Below are positions 1-10,265 of a stretch of 64,000 nt of DNA, piece after piece. The notes under the pieces were generated by a model that searched no databases, was not told where the DNA came from, and saw only the letters and a program-made list of their open reading frames with translations. The number at the start of each line of letters is the position of its first letter. Positions within the stretch are counted from its first letter, which is position 1. Where the stretch lies: IMG/VR virus record IMGVR_UViG_2974795854_000001, positions 8,980 to 72,979 of that record. One strand, written 5' to 3'. A program made the position numbers and the translations under genes. Origin of the DNA: a virus (lineage: Duplodnaviria; Caudoviricetes).

Positions 1-822
1 AAGAACTTGCTTAATGTTGTCGTAATTAACAGGGTTTATTCTTCTTTTGGCTATCCTTCTAAGATTCCACCACTCTTTTTCGGCTCTATATTTCTCATTG
101 GCCGGTACGCTCCTATTTCTCTTTACTAAATTGTAGTAAATAAATGAATCTAAGGCGTCCTCAGCGAACTTATGTATTTTTATATCACTATCATCCCTTT
201 GGAACAGTCCGTCGCTTATGTAGTCTAAAACTACTGTTCTCCCGTCTACTGCCGATGAAAATTGTATCTCTCCTTTAGTCTTGTCTATTCTATAGCTACC
301 ATTCTTATACATCTTAGACCTATCTAAGTTGAAAGTTGGAGAGCTTCCGCTAGGTGCCTGCGAGTCTATTCTCTTACTGTTCTCCGGTAAGTTTTGTATG
401 TGGCTACCTTTTAAGATATCTCCGTTTACGTCGTATAAAAATTCGTAGTCGTTTGCTTGTAAGAACGCTTGAGATAAGTTATTACTCTTGTCTACTGCAA
501 GAGGGTGCAATTTACCTGTGTCGTCTACCCATGAAATTCTAGTGAATGCTATGTAGTCATGTGGAAGGGGTATTGTTAATGTCGGACTTAAATCTAGTTC
601 TATAGATATAACCTCGTTAACTACGTCGAAGTATAATTCCCTAACTCCTTTCTTTCCGAATAGTGCTACTCTGTTTCTATCTGAGTTTATAGTGTAATCA
701 TCGTCGGACATCCCGAACATGTAGTTACTTATTATCTCTTCTAATGTCGTGTATTGATACTCACCGAACTGGCTAGAGTCGCTGTAGTATTCATCTAAAT
801 TTGTAAAGTTATGTAATGCCAT
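1..822 (-). CDS. virion structural protein (tail/adaptor region), 3' end runs off the window
   Basis: Manual translation from ATG at 822 (MALHNFTNLDEYYSDSSQFGEYQYTTLEEII...) is open to base 1. It lies downstream of the capsid cluster and is missing from the ORF track because no stop falls inside the window. Confidence 0.75.
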   Translation of the reverse strand, partial: MALHNFTNLDEYYSDSSQFGEYQYTTLEEIISNYMFGMSDDDYTINSDRNRVALFGKKGVRELYFDVVNEVISIELDLSPTLTIPLPHDYIAFTRISWVDDTGKLHPLAVDKSNNLSQAFLQANDYEFLYDVNGDILKGSHIQNLPENSKRIDSQAPSGSSPTFNLDRSKMYKNGSYRIDKTKGEIQFSSAVDGRTVVLDYISDGLFQRDDSDIKIHKFAEDALDSFIYYNLVKRNRSVPANEKYRAEKEWWNLRRIAKRRINPVNYDNIKQVL

Positions 823-833
823 TGTACTCTATT

Positions 834-1532
834 TTATTGTTCGTCTCTTATTTCTGTTTTCTCTTTAAGTTTCTCAGCGTATTGAGTAACTTCTACTTCT
901 CTTATGTGAATACCTAAGTAAGATAGCATTCTAACTACTATGTTAGAAAACTCTGACTCGTGTAGCTCAAAATCTTGGAAGTCGTCCGCAGAAGGGTTGA
1001 AGAACTCTCTGTCAAAGGCTGTTGAGTAAGTCCATTTAGGGTCTTTCGGAATCCTTACATACCTGCAAGTAACTCCTGATACTATTGTGGTTGGTGATAC
1101 TGATATTTTATTCCCGTATCTCTCGTATGTTGGGAATGTTTCGCTAGGCTTCATTAGAGACGTATTAGCGAAAGAAAATCTTTGGCCCTCCATCTCAGAA
1201 ATTACTTTACCATTGTAGTCTAGTCCATTGTCTTTTATTTGGTATAAGTTGTCCGGTAAAAGAAAGTCTGAACCAGTTGATACAACTAAGGTAGCTTTAT
1301 CTGAGAATTGGTCTATCTTCTGTCTTTGGTTGAATGCCAAGTTAGAGTATCCGCTACTGGTGGCTCCTCTGTTCTGTTTAATCTTATCTCTATTCTCATC
1401 CTCAAAATAGGCTCTGAATATTTCTGATTGTACTTGCTTGGCTATTAAGTTAAGTTCGTCAGGAGAAGGTACGTTCCCTCTGACCTCTTTATTTACGATC
1501 GTCTTTAAAAGGTCGAATGCTTTGTTTATCAT
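834..1532 (-). CDS. putative head-tail adaptor / tail tubular ring protein
   Basis: 232 aa ORF in the structural cluster, with a TATATTTG promoter element at 1554-1561. Function is inferred from position and family resemblance. Confidence 0.55.
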   Translation of the reverse strand: MINKAFDLLKTIVNKEVRGNVPSPDELNLIAKQVQSEIFRAYFEDENRDKIKQNRGATSSGYSNLAFNQRQKIDQFSDKATLVVSTGSDFLLPDNLYQIKDNGLDYNGKVISEMEGQRFSFANTSLMKPSETFPTYERYGNKISVSPTTIVSGVTCRYVRIPKDPKWTYSTAFDREFFNPSADDFQDFELHESEFSNIVVRMLSYLGIHIREVEVTQYAEKLKEKTEIRDEQ

Positions 1533-1565
1533 CTTATCTATTTTTATGTATTACAAATATACGGA

Positions 1566-1592
1566 AAAAAGAAAAGCCCCAAAGGGGGCTCG
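1566..1592 (-). terminator. intrinsic terminator
   Basis: gagccccc-tttg-gggct hairpin followed by a U-rich tract on the minus strand, downstream of the 1618..2418 gene. Confidence 0.55.
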
Positions 1593-1617
1593 TCTTAAAA
1601 TAGTAAGTGATTGTTTT

Positions 1618-2418
1618 TTATCGTTTAGAAATTTCCTTTGCTACTTGGATACCTTCTTCTGTACCTAAGTACTTAGCGAAGAAATCTAAGTGGTTTTGAC
1701 CCGAAGGAATTACGCAAATTGCTGTCTTGTTATCCGTCCACATTACCTTGTTTCCGTCTGCACTAACTTGGATTACTCCTGAGTCAAATGAGTGTTGGGC
1801 AAGTGCCATTCTTTGTATATCTACGTCGTCAAACACGGTAACCTCGCCAGTCTCGCTATCTACGAACCTGTTTAAGTTAGTCTCAACCAAGCTGTAAAGC
1901 TCGTTCTTAACTTCTGCAGGCTCCATTTTAGATGCGCTTAAAGAGTCATTGTTTAATACTGATACGATTAAACGTAGTTCAGTCATTCCAGTTTCTTCTT
2001 TAGCTTTTAATCTAATAGCTTGCTTAACGTCTAATTTGATTTCCTCGATGTCAGCGAACACTTGTGCGTCTGCTGCTGCGTCGATTAGTTCAAATAAGAT
2101 ACCTCTCTTTGGGTGGTTTTCTAAAAAGTCTTGTGTTGTTTTTTCTGATGCTTTTGTGCTTAAAAGTCCATTAAGGAACACGATTGCTCTAACTACCGCC
2201 TTGTCAGATTGCTCGTCTACGAAGATTGATTTTTCGTTAGGGCAATGTTTGATGGCTCTTGTAGATTGTGATTCCTCATCCCACACAAGTAAGTTGTTGT
2301 CTCTACCTGTCTTAATAGTGTAAGTAAGTGGTTGGAAATTTAGTAGTCTGTATTCTTTTTCTTGTAATACTGTTTTTGATGCTGCTGCTTTTGTAGCTGC
2401 TTTTTTTGGTGCTGCCAT
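1618..2418 (-). CDS. conserved phage protein, capsid-adjacent, function unknown
   Basis: 266 aa ORF directly after the major capsid gene, with an Ala/Lys-rich N-terminus. Confidence 0.6.
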   Translation of the reverse strand: MAAPKKAATKAAASKTVLQEKEYRLLNFQPLTYTIKTGRDNNLLVWDEESQSTRAIKHCPNEKSIFVDEQSDKAVVRAIVFLNGLLSTKASEKTTQDFLENHPKRGILFELIDAAADAQVFADIEEIKLDVKQAIRLKAKEETGMTELRLIVSVLNNDSLSASKMEPAEVKNELYSLVETNLNRFVDSETGEVTVFDDVDIQRMALAQHSFDSGVIQVSADGNKVMWTDNKTAICVIPSGQNHLDFFAKYLGTEEGIQVAKEISKR

Positions 2419-2454
2419 TTTGTTCTGTTGAATTAAAGTTAAATTATTGAAATT

Positions 2455-2480
2455 AAAAAAGGGGGCGATTAGACCCCCTT
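2455..2480 (-). terminator. intrinsic terminator after major capsid gene
   Basis: aaggggg-tctaatcg-ccccc-tttttt on the minus strand. Confidence 0.75.
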
Positions 2481-2487
2481 AGTTTTA

Positions 2488-3828
2488 TTACTCCCCTTCG
2501 AAGATCATGTAGTTGTTTGCACCGATGGTACTAACACCTCTGTCCGCTAAGTGGTGAACTCTCATGTGATCGTTACCATCCGTAGGAGCGTTAGTTCCAA
2601 CAGATCCGGTGATCCATGTTTTGTGTCTTCTGTTCTCAGAACCTTTAACTCTGTACTTGATAGACAAGTAAGGTTTAGTGATTCTGTCTGCTTGTGGGCT
2701 TGAACCGTCGTATACTTCTGTATCCCCGTGAGGTACAAGTAAACCACGTACTTTTCCGTTTGCAGGGTCAACTGCTCCTAAAAGTGTTGGGTCATTTAAG
2801 ATTTTCCAATCAGACTTGTAGAAGTTATAAGAACCTCTCTTGAATCCTCTGAATCCAAGGTTGATAGCCATTTGCTCGTCGTTATCGAACATACCGTAAG
2901 AGATACCTCCTGAGTAACCTGCGTTTAACTCACCTAGTAAGTCATCGATAGCTAAAGACTGGTCTCTATCTACGTAGAACATGTACTCTCTAATCTTACC
3001 TTGTGCATCGAAACGCTTCAAGATAGTATCGAAATCAGCAATTGTAGTTGCTAATCCTTCGAACATGTTTCCTCTAGTTCTTACAGATTGGAATAGTCCT
3101 TCTGAACCATCGTAACCTGCTGCTCCGGCCTCTGAACCTGCTTCTGCAGACTCACCTTGTAATAGACCCATTTCGATCCTGTCTTCGAACCTACGTCTAC
3201 CATCTAGCTCTGATTGTAGATACCAAACGAAACCTCCGTTATCTGTCTCAATCCAAGAATCTTGTGTAACTTCCGATCCATTCGCCAAGTAGTTATCTCT
3301 TGCGATGATAGTCTTGTTGTTAAGAACCGTGAAGTCAGTCTCAAGGCTTCCGTCCATAGGGCCAGATCCTTTTAAGAACTCTGTGTGAGAGATAAACGCT
3401 TTGATTCCAGTTGCACCTACAGACCATCCTGCCGCTTTGTACGGTAATGCTGTAAATGTATTAGGTGTGATAGCTGAAATACGTCCAAGTTGGAAAGATC
3501 CGTTACCTGAACAAGCTACTACTTCACCTATTCTGAATACGTGACCTGCTTGTGTGAAGACGTTACCTGTACGAGCTACTGACTCGTAAGATGTATGTAA
3601 ACGTCCTTTCTCCGTCCAGATGTATTGATCCGAAGAAATTGCTTCCTCGCTACCAAGGTTGAAAATCATACCTGTAAGAGACTGGTCTCCATAGATAGAT
3701 ACCAACTCCTCGTATGCGTCTGGGGCGAATTGATTAGTGTAATCAAATACGTCGATGTAGTTAGTTTGGCTAGGTGCCTTAACTGAACTAGGCGAAATTT
3801 GATAGCTTGGTACTGTTGTTAATGCCAT
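2488..3828 (-). CDS. major capsid protein
   Basis: 446 aa. Order portal-scaffold-this gene-terminator. The sequence resembles Bacteroidota podovirus/crAss-like MCPs (YIWTEKGRLH, GLFQSVRTRG, DWKILND). Confidence 0.85.
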   Translation of the reverse strand: MALTTVPSYQISPSSVKAPSQTNYIDVFDYTNQFAPDAYEELVSIYGDQSLTGMIFNLGSEEAISSDQYIWTEKGRLHTSYESVARTGNVFTQAGHVFRIGEVVACSGNGSFQLGRISAITPNTFTALPYKAAGWSVGATGIKAFISHTEFLKGSGPMDGSLETDFTVLNNKTIIARDNYLANGSEVTQDSWIETDNGGFVWYLQSELDGRRRFEDRIEMGLLQGESAEAGSEAGAAGYDGSEGLFQSVRTRGNMFEGLATTIADFDTILKRFDAQGKIREYMFYVDRDQSLAIDDLLGELNAGYSGGISYGMFDNDEQMAINLGFRGFKRGSYNFYKSDWKILNDPTLLGAVDPANGKVRGLLVPHGDTEVYDGSSPQADRITKPYLSIKYRVKGSENRRHKTWITGSVGTNAPTDGNDHMRVHHLADRGVSTIGANNYMIFEGE

Positions 3829-3857
3829 TTTTGTTATTTGTTATTTGGTTGTGTTTC

Positions 3858-5072
3858 TTACTTTTTTCGTTTGAAACGTAATTTAGAGCCTTGTCTACCT
3901 CCTGTTATGTTGTTTACAACACTTTCTATATTACCTTTCTTTGTTGTCGGCTTTACCGGAGTAGGGGTTCCATCTATTGTGATGTTAGCTCCTACTTTAA
4001 TTTGTCCTTCTTTTCCTGATTCAACTCCTTGATTATAAGCAGCTTGTATCATAGCGTCGAAATTTGTTACTTTTGCAACATCTTTAACTACATTAGCGTG
4101 ATTGTAAGAACCATCTTCATTATACCAATGGGGCATCTCTGCGACCATTTTAGGTAAATTTCTTTTAGTCTCCTCGGGGATGTTGTATTTTAACGTCATT
4201 CCCTCTTTCAAATTCAGCTCTATAGCTTCAAGAGATTGAGATTGTTTTGAAATGTTCAAGTTATAATCCTCAGTAGCTTTTGCACTAGCCGCTTGGGTAT
4301 CCTTAAACTGATTAGCAAAATTGATAGCCTCTTGTTGCTCTTTTGTCAGACTAGCTTGTTTATTACCCTTAGGTAAATTAACTTTACTAGACTCTAACTT
4401 TTCTCGTCCTTCTTTGGCGAACTTCTTAAGATTTATGTTTTTACGCATTTTATCTCCGTCGTCGTCATAGTTCTCATCGTAAATATAGTCTTTTAATGAA
4501 TACTCTATTTCTTCGTCTGTGAAGTTTGGAAACTCTTGGGATAGAATCTCTCTAGCCACGTCCAAGTCCTTCATACTTGAAAAATCTTTATTGTATTCAG
4601 ACCACTCTGATAAGTTTAAACCTGTGTCTTCTTTCCACTTTAAAAGTGCTTCTACCTCCGGATCAACTTCCTTCTGTTTAAGATCGTCTACACTACTAAT
4701 ACTTCTACCTAGCCTCTCGCTCAATAATGATAATAGTGTTTCTTCTGTAACTTCTGGTGTAACCTCAGGAGTTTCTACTGGTTTAGGAACTTCTGGTTTT
4801 ACTTCCACCGGCGGAACTGGGTCTGCAATTCCCGTTTCTACTGGTGGTATATTATTTGTAGGCTCTACTACTGTAGGCTCTACTATTTTTTCTACTGGTG
4901 GTGTAGGCTCTACTACTGTAGGCTCTACTGTTGGTGTAGGCTCTACCGTTGGTGCAGGCTCTACTGTTGGCTCTACTGGTGGTGTTGGTTCACCAGAAGG
5001 AGCTTTAGAAATACCTGATATAATAGATGCTGCTCTACTTAGGTTATCTCCTTGTTTTTTGAAAAATGCCAT
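3858..5072 (-). CDS. capsid scaffolding protein
   Basis: 404 aa, acidic, with a Pro/Glu/Thr/Val-rich low-complexity N-terminus, between portal and MCP. TATCTTTG promoter element at 5104-5111. Confidence 0.7.
   Translation of the reverse strand: MAFFKKQGDNLSRAASIISGISKAPSGEPTPPVEPTVEPAPTVEPTPTVEPTVVEPTPPVEKIVEPTVVEPTNNIPPVETGIADPVPPVEVKPEVPKPVETPEVTPEVTEETLLSLLSERLGRSISSVDDLKQKEVDPEVEALLKWKEDTGLNLSEWSEYNKDFSSMKDLDVAREILSQEFPNFTDEEIEYSLKDYIYDENYDDDGDKMRKNINLKKFAKEGREKLESSKVNLPKGNKQASLTKEQQEAINFANQFKDTQAASAKATEDYNLNISKQSQSLEAIELNLKEGMTLKYNIPEETKRNLPKMVAEMPHWYNEDGSYNHANVVKDVAKVTNFDAMIQAAYNQGVESGKEGQIKVGANITIDGTPTPVKPTTKKGNIESVVNNITGGRQGSKLRFKRKK
4855..4985 (-). repeat. intragenic tandem repeats encoding VEPT(P/V) units
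   Basis: Repeated gtaggctctact motif on the plus strand. Confidence 0.85.
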
Positions 5073-5134
5073 ATTGAATTGAATTTAGTTTGAAACTACC
5101 TTACAAAGATAGTAATTATTATATATGCTTTTTT

Positions 5135-7621
5135 TTATGCTGTAAAGTCGTCCATTCCTAAGTCACCTGTGATACTAGTGTTACCGGATCTGAAATCGAT
5201 GGCCTCTCCTCCACCTTCTTTACTTTGCTCTGACTTAATCTTAGACTGCTGTGTTGCTTGTATCTTAGTTCTTTCGTCCTTTCTGTCTTCCTTGTATTTC
5301 TCCAAGTTTTTAGTGTTCTTATCAAGTTCTACTTGAATACCTGTTTGGTAGAAATATTCGTCTGACATAAGTAACCTCTTAGCCTCTAGCTCTCCGTTAG
5401 TTTTAAGCTCCGCACTCTCTCTCTCTAATAATAGTATTTGCTTCTTAAAGTCGAACTCCATTGACATTTCACTTTGCTTAGCTTCCGCTGCTGCTTGAGC
5501 ACCCTTAGCAGATGCTTCTCCGTTAGCTTCAATTTTTTCAAGCTCTCTCTTGTGATTTTCCTCTATGTTCTTCTTCTTTCTTATTTTAAGCATTTCATTA
5601 GCTAGGGTAATATTCCCTATTCTTCTAATGTCAATACCATCTACTGTAGAAAGTCCACCTGCAGCAATCTCGGCCTGTATGTTATTCTCTAACATGGCTC
5701 TATCTTGTGCGTCTGGTTTAAGCTTAATAGTAATACCAAAATCGTGTAAGTGAAGGTTTTGTATAGACTTCAATACATCCACATTAACTTTACCTATAGA
5801 ATTTATGTAAGCTTTCTTAAGATTAGAATACTTGAAAATATCCTTTAGTCTCAATGAAAGTCCATTGGCTAAGTACTGTGTTATTTTAAGTTGAGAATCT
5901 AGGATGTACCTAGTCGCAACGTTGGATTTATTTTGTTGTGCTTCTAAAGCTCCGTTAGAAGTTCTAGGGTCTGGTAAAGTACCGTCGGCACCTTGGCCTA
6001 TACCAATAGCTTCTCTGAATAAGTTCAAATGGAAGTTGTAAGAGTTCATTAATTGCTCTAAACCTGCCATACCACCGTTACTAAGCTCTTTAATAGGCAT
6101 AGCTCCGTTATTATAGTTACCATCCGCTAACTTAGAAGTACCTAAAAGGTTACCCGTTTCATCGTAGTACCTGATTAAGTCTAAAGGCCCGAAGGTGTTA
6201 CCCTCTCCCATATCTAATTCTTGTAGTCCGTCAACATCTATCCATATTCCGTTAGGTTTAGCCTTGGCAATGAATTGTTGTATCTTAACTTGAATTTGTT
6301 GTAATTGGTCTATGTATTGAGTAACTCTCCCAACTAAAGATTGGATACGTCCTTGGTATAATTCCGGTGCGTATACAACGTAGTTAGACATAACTTTATT
6401 GTTTATGTATCCCTCTGGTCTAAGCATGTTAGTACACTCTCCATAGTTGAATAATAAATCTGTACCTATTACTAAAGAACCTTCGTACCATACTTCATCC
6501 ACATTCTCTAGGATGTCGTACTCTTTAAATCCTTGTTTTTCTTCTTTGTCTAGAATACTTTGAGGTTTGATATAATCAGAAGGTTTTTCTATTATTGAGA
6601 ATCCTCCGTTTTTCTTATACTTCTTTTTGTATTTAGTTACCTTAGTCGTCTTGAATGTGAAGTCTAATACATCTACTTGGTAGTTTGTTAAATCCTCACC
6701 TCTGTACCAGAACTCATTAGATATTTTATTATATGCACCCCATTCTTTTGAAACGTTTGCATATTTTTTAAGCTCGTCTTGAGAGAACTTCTTACCTGAT
6801 AATCTTTGTACTTCGTTAAGTGTCAACCTTCTAGCTGATCCGTAGTAGTATACATTTTCAAAATTACTCCTTGTTGGGTAAGACCAAACCATATCCGCAG
6901 GGTCTCTATACTCAGCAACTATTCCTTTTGTAGGGTCAGTTCTGTGGTGCATAGCGGCCACGCCGATCTCTGTCAAATCTTTCAACATCATTTTTTGAGT
7001 CTCATCGTACTCGTTTAACTCTAAGGTGTATTTTAAAGCTTGTTCTATAGCTACCTCAATGGCAGGCTTATAGTTAAGATTCATATGAAGGTCTAGCTCT
7101 TCATTACTGTCAGGTATTTCTCCTATTCCCTCTGGGGATAAGTCTATACCTAGTAAATTTTTAGCGTCTTCTAACATAGGTTTTGCAACCATGTTCTTTT
7201 GAAGTATGTCTTTATACTCGTCTCTTAAGCCTTGTGAAATTCCGTCAACAGCTTGGGCATCTATTTCATATAGACGCTCTAGCATTTGGTTTACTACTAA
7301 CTTAATAAATTTAGGAAGTATTTGAATAGGTCTCCAATCGTAATTGGTATAAGACTCTCCATCTACTCCATCTGAAATAAGTTTCTTAGTTAATCCGGTA
7401 TCGTGTTCACCTCTAGCGTACTTTCTAAGCTCGTGGAACTTAGCTTGCTTATCATAAAACTGGCTATCCGTGCCTCCTGATTTAATAAAGAACCATTCGT
7501 GTTCTATTAACTTACCGAACTTCAAACCATACTCTTCACTTCCTTTTTCTTCGGAAGATGCGAAAGGGTCTGGCTGAGTTCTGTGAGCTGCCATTTTAAG
7601 GCTTTTACTTTTATTATTCAT
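5135..7621 (-). CDS. portal protein
   Basis: 828 aa, directly downstream of the terminase, with a long C-terminal coiled coil. Resembles podoviral P22/crAss-type portals. Confidence 0.85.
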   Translation of the reverse strand: MNNKSKSLKMAAHRTQPDPFASSEEKGSEEYGLKFGKLIEHEWFFIKSGGTDSQFYDKQAKFHELRKYARGEHDTGLTKKLISDGVDGESYTNYDWRPIQILPKFIKLVVNQMLERLYEIDAQAVDGISQGLRDEYKDILQKNMVAKPMLEDAKNLLGIDLSPEGIGEIPDSNEELDLHMNLNYKPAIEVAIEQALKYTLELNEYDETQKMMLKDLTEIGVAAMHHRTDPTKGIVAEYRDPADMVWSYPTRSNFENVYYYGSARRLTLNEVQRLSGKKFSQDELKKYANVSKEWGAYNKISNEFWYRGEDLTNYQVDVLDFTFKTTKVTKYKKKYKKNGGFSIIEKPSDYIKPQSILDKEEKQGFKEYDILENVDEVWYEGSLVIGTDLLFNYGECTNMLRPEGYINNKVMSNYVVYAPELYQGRIQSLVGRVTQYIDQLQQIQVKIQQFIAKAKPNGIWIDVDGLQELDMGEGNTFGPLDLIRYYDETGNLLGTSKLADGNYNNGAMPIKELSNGGMAGLEQLMNSYNFHLNLFREAIGIGQGADGTLPDPRTSNGALEAQQNKSNVATRYILDSQLKITQYLANGLSLRLKDIFKYSNLKKAYINSIGKVNVDVLKSIQNLHLHDFGITIKLKPDAQDRAMLENNIQAEIAAGGLSTVDGIDIRRIGNITLANEMLKIRKKKNIEENHKRELEKIEANGEASAKGAQAAAEAKQSEMSMEFDFKKQILLLERESAELKTNGELEAKRLLMSDEYFYQTGIQVELDKNTKNLEKYKEDRKDERTKIQATQQSKIKSEQSKEGGGEAIDFRSGNTSITGDLGMDDFTA

Positions 7622-7625
7622 CTAT

Positions 7626-10265
7626 CTATTTTATAAGTGTACTGGTGTGACCCGTGTTTCTATATTTTCTTATCAAAGATACGTTTTTTTCCTTATCATT
7701 CTTTTTCTCGATAGGGTTGTATCTCTCTCGTTGACATCCCATTATGGCTAATCCACTAGAGATGGTTGCATCATGGGCAGTTCTAGCACTTGGATTGAAT
7801 ATCATCCAGTCTGAAATAGTGTCGTTAAAGACCATGTTACCCATGTCTCCCTCCGGTCTGTATTTTATACCTTCTGGCGCTGTACTAACTCCTACGTGAC
7901 ATTGTATAAAAGTTCTAATACAGTTTTCGTGAGTATCTAAAATATCCTTACTCTGCATTGGCTGTCCTCCTAATACTAAATCATCTCCGTCTAGTTTCTT
8001 CTTATCTACTCTATTCATTGAGAATGGTCTAGATCTGTTAGAGTAAATGTATCTAACAAAATCTCTCCTGTTGTTCTCTGCTAATATAGGTAGTCCGTAG
8101 AACCATGCCGCCATAAATATATCTTCGTTAAATATGTCCTGTGTTGCAGGCCTATCTAAGTATTCAAAGAAGAAGAAGTTTGTCGGAACTCCATGTGCGT
8201 TAGGTTTAGAGTACCCGTGGGCAGCTCCTTTAGACGCTTTATTTTTACCTTGTACGTATGAACCAAAACAATCGACTCCTATACAACCGTAGTCGTTCAT
8301 TGGAGTGTATAAGTTTCTTACAGACTTTACATTATTTCTAAGGTGGTCTGTGTTATCTCCTTTGTTCGGCATCCAAGCTATCTTGAACCTACCTCTATCA
8401 TCCGGTATAAACTCTACCTTAGAGAATCTTACGTCATTTTCCCATTTGAAATTACCTCTAACGTATTGACTCTTAACAATAGACACCTCTTCGTTGTTAT
8501 CCCATTGGTCAGTAAGTTTAGTAAGGTTGAATACACACTCATCTGCCTCATCCCTCATAGCGTGAGATTCGGTCATAGGGAATGCTCTGTATGCTGCGTT
8601 AAGAGCTACATCATCTGTATTCTTTGCATCATTGTACATCTCTTTAATAGCCTGTATAGAACCTTTAAGTATTGGCTCTCCGAACACGTTAAGGGTTCCT
8701 TTTGGAGGAGTTTCTTCCCAACACTTACCATATTTATCAATACAGTTTTCGTAGTTGGTGTGCGCTCCCATAAAGTAAGAGTACAATTTAGTTGAGGTAA
8801 ACCCTGACTCTTGCCTCTCTGAGACCTTAGAGTTTCTATAAAGTATTTTAAAATCTTCACCACCGGCATTTAATTTACCCATAGTAGACCCTAAGAATAC
8901 TTTACCCACTACTCTACCACCACGGAAGGTTGTAGGTAATAGTGTACCTAAGTGTTCTATGTAACTTGCTCTATCCCATTTAGCTGATTCATCCCCAATA
9001 TACAACTTCATGTGTCTACCATCATAGGCCTTAACCTTGGTAGCCTCGAAGTCGGTCATACTGTTCACATAACCATCTGTAGTTGTATCTTTTTTCTTTT
9101 TCTCGTCCTTACTAGAGTTTGATGGCTTACCAAAAGCTAAGTTAGTAGGAGAATCGACTTTACCTTTATAAATAGGTTGGAAGAAGAACGGCCATTCTTG
9201 AAACGTATAAGACATCTTACCAAAGGCTACTCTGGCATCATCATCCGTCATCGAAGTCAATCCTGTTCTGGCTCCTATAACCCTAGTTACTAATTCTAAA
9301 GAATCTGACATCATCCCATAAGTATACCCCGTTTGACGAGACTTAAGGAATATTTGACCCATAGACCTAGAATCTACGTAGCAGGCCTCTTTATGGTAGT
9401 AAAGTAAAAGTTGAGCATGTCTATAAGTAGGGTATATCTGGTCATCAAACATCTTTCCCCATTGTAATTGCATCCAATGTCTAGGAGACAACCAAGTAGG
9501 TTTTCCGTTGTTGTAGAACCAAAGACCTTCTCTTCTTATCCTAAACTGCTCTAATATGTATTCTGTAAAAGGCTCGGCATTGTCAGGGGTAAGGCCTTTA
9601 GGCAACTCTTCCCTTCTCCAATACTGATCTTCTTTCTTTTTATCGTGAAATCTTATTTTCTTTCTGTCTCTAGGTGGTAGTGGTAGTTGAACCCGTAGTC
9701 CATCTAACTCTATAATCTCACCTCTAGAACCTTTTGGGTCAATAACTACTGCGTCGTCCTCTTCATTATACCACTTTTTATAGTAGTTTTCTAGAGGGAA
9801 AAACTCTCCGTATGCAAACTTTTCTGCAAACCCTCTGGTAAATTCTGCCTCTTTTAAGATTACTTTACCTGTTTCAAACTGGTGCCTAAGTTCTATTAAT
9901 GAAGAATCTAACTCGGTTATAGAGTTAAGTATCAGTAACTTAGTCTGGGCAGCTAGCTTATGCTTGTGGGCATCTAACAAGTCGTAATCGATCTTTGCTA
10001 CTAATGCCTTCCTTAAAGTCTTAAGTGAGGACTCTCCTGAATTTATTAACTTCTCTACGTAGTTTGTAAACTTTTTATCCGATGGAGAATTTGGACTATT
10101 TACCCATTTAGAAAGTAACTCCTTAGCTGTTTTGAATGATGTTAATTTTGACTCCATGGCAGCCTTAACCTTATCAGGCTCTATGGCATCTACTACCATC
10201 TGATAATCTAGACCCTCTATAACTATGTCTAGTGCTAATTCTATGTCATGGCTTAATCCTATCAT
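7626..10265 (-). CDS. terL: terminase large subunit with N-terminal extension
   Basis: Walker A region LKSRQTGYT, Walker B YIGDESAK, coupling motif STMG, RNase H-like nuclease motif IGVDC. Confidence 0.92.
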   Translation of the reverse strand: MIGLSHDIELALDIVIEGLDYQMVVDAIEPDKVKAAMESKLTSFKTAKELLSKWVNSPNSPSDKKFTNYVEKLINSGESSLKTLRKALVAKIDYDLLDAHKHKLAAQTKLLILNSITELDSSLIELRHQFETGKVILKEAEFTRGFAEKFAYGEFFPLENYYKKWYNEEDDAVVIDPKGSRGEIIELDGLRVQLPLPPRDRKKIRFHDKKKEDQYWRREELPKGLTPDNAEPFTEYILEQFRIRREGLWFYNNGKPTWLSPRHWMQLQWGKMFDDQIYPTYRHAQLLLYYHKEACYVDSRSMGQIFLKSRQTGYTYGMMSDSLELVTRVIGARTGLTSMTDDDARVAFGKMSYTFQEWPFFFQPIYKGKVDSPTNLAFGKPSNSSKDEKKKKDTTTDGYVNSMTDFEATKVKAYDGRHMKLYIGDESAKWDRASYIEHLGTLLPTTFRGGRVVGKVFLGSTMGKLNAGGEDFKILYRNSKVSERQESGFTSTKLYSYFMGAHTNYENCIDKYGKCWEETPPKGTLNVFGEPILKGSIQAIKEMYNDAKNTDDVALNAAYRAFPMTESHAMRDEADECVFNLTKLTDQWDNNEEVSIVKSQYVRGNFKWENDVRFSKVEFIPDDRGRFKIAWMPNKGDNTDHLRNNVKSVRNLYTPMNDYGCIGVDCFGSYVQGKNKASKGAAHGYSKPNAHGVPTNFFFFEYLDRPATQDIFNEDIFMAAWFYGLPILAENNRRDFVRYIYSNRSRPFSMNRVDKKKLDGDDLVLGGQPMQSKDILDTHENCIRTFIQCHVGVSTAPEGIKYRPEGDMGNMVFNDTISDWMIFNPSARTAHDATISSGLAIMGCQRERYNPIEKKNDKEKNVSLIRKYRNTGHTSTLIK

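Noticed and set aside
4519-5082. 187-aa plus-strand ORF and similar long antisense ORFs in the structural arm
   Set aside because: They are shadows of the low-complexity scaffold and other minus-strand genes, with no independent signals.
7626-10265. Intein or intron explaining the long terminase
   Set aside because: No C/S...HN intein termini, homing endonuclease motifs or frame break were seen. The extra length is N-terminal.
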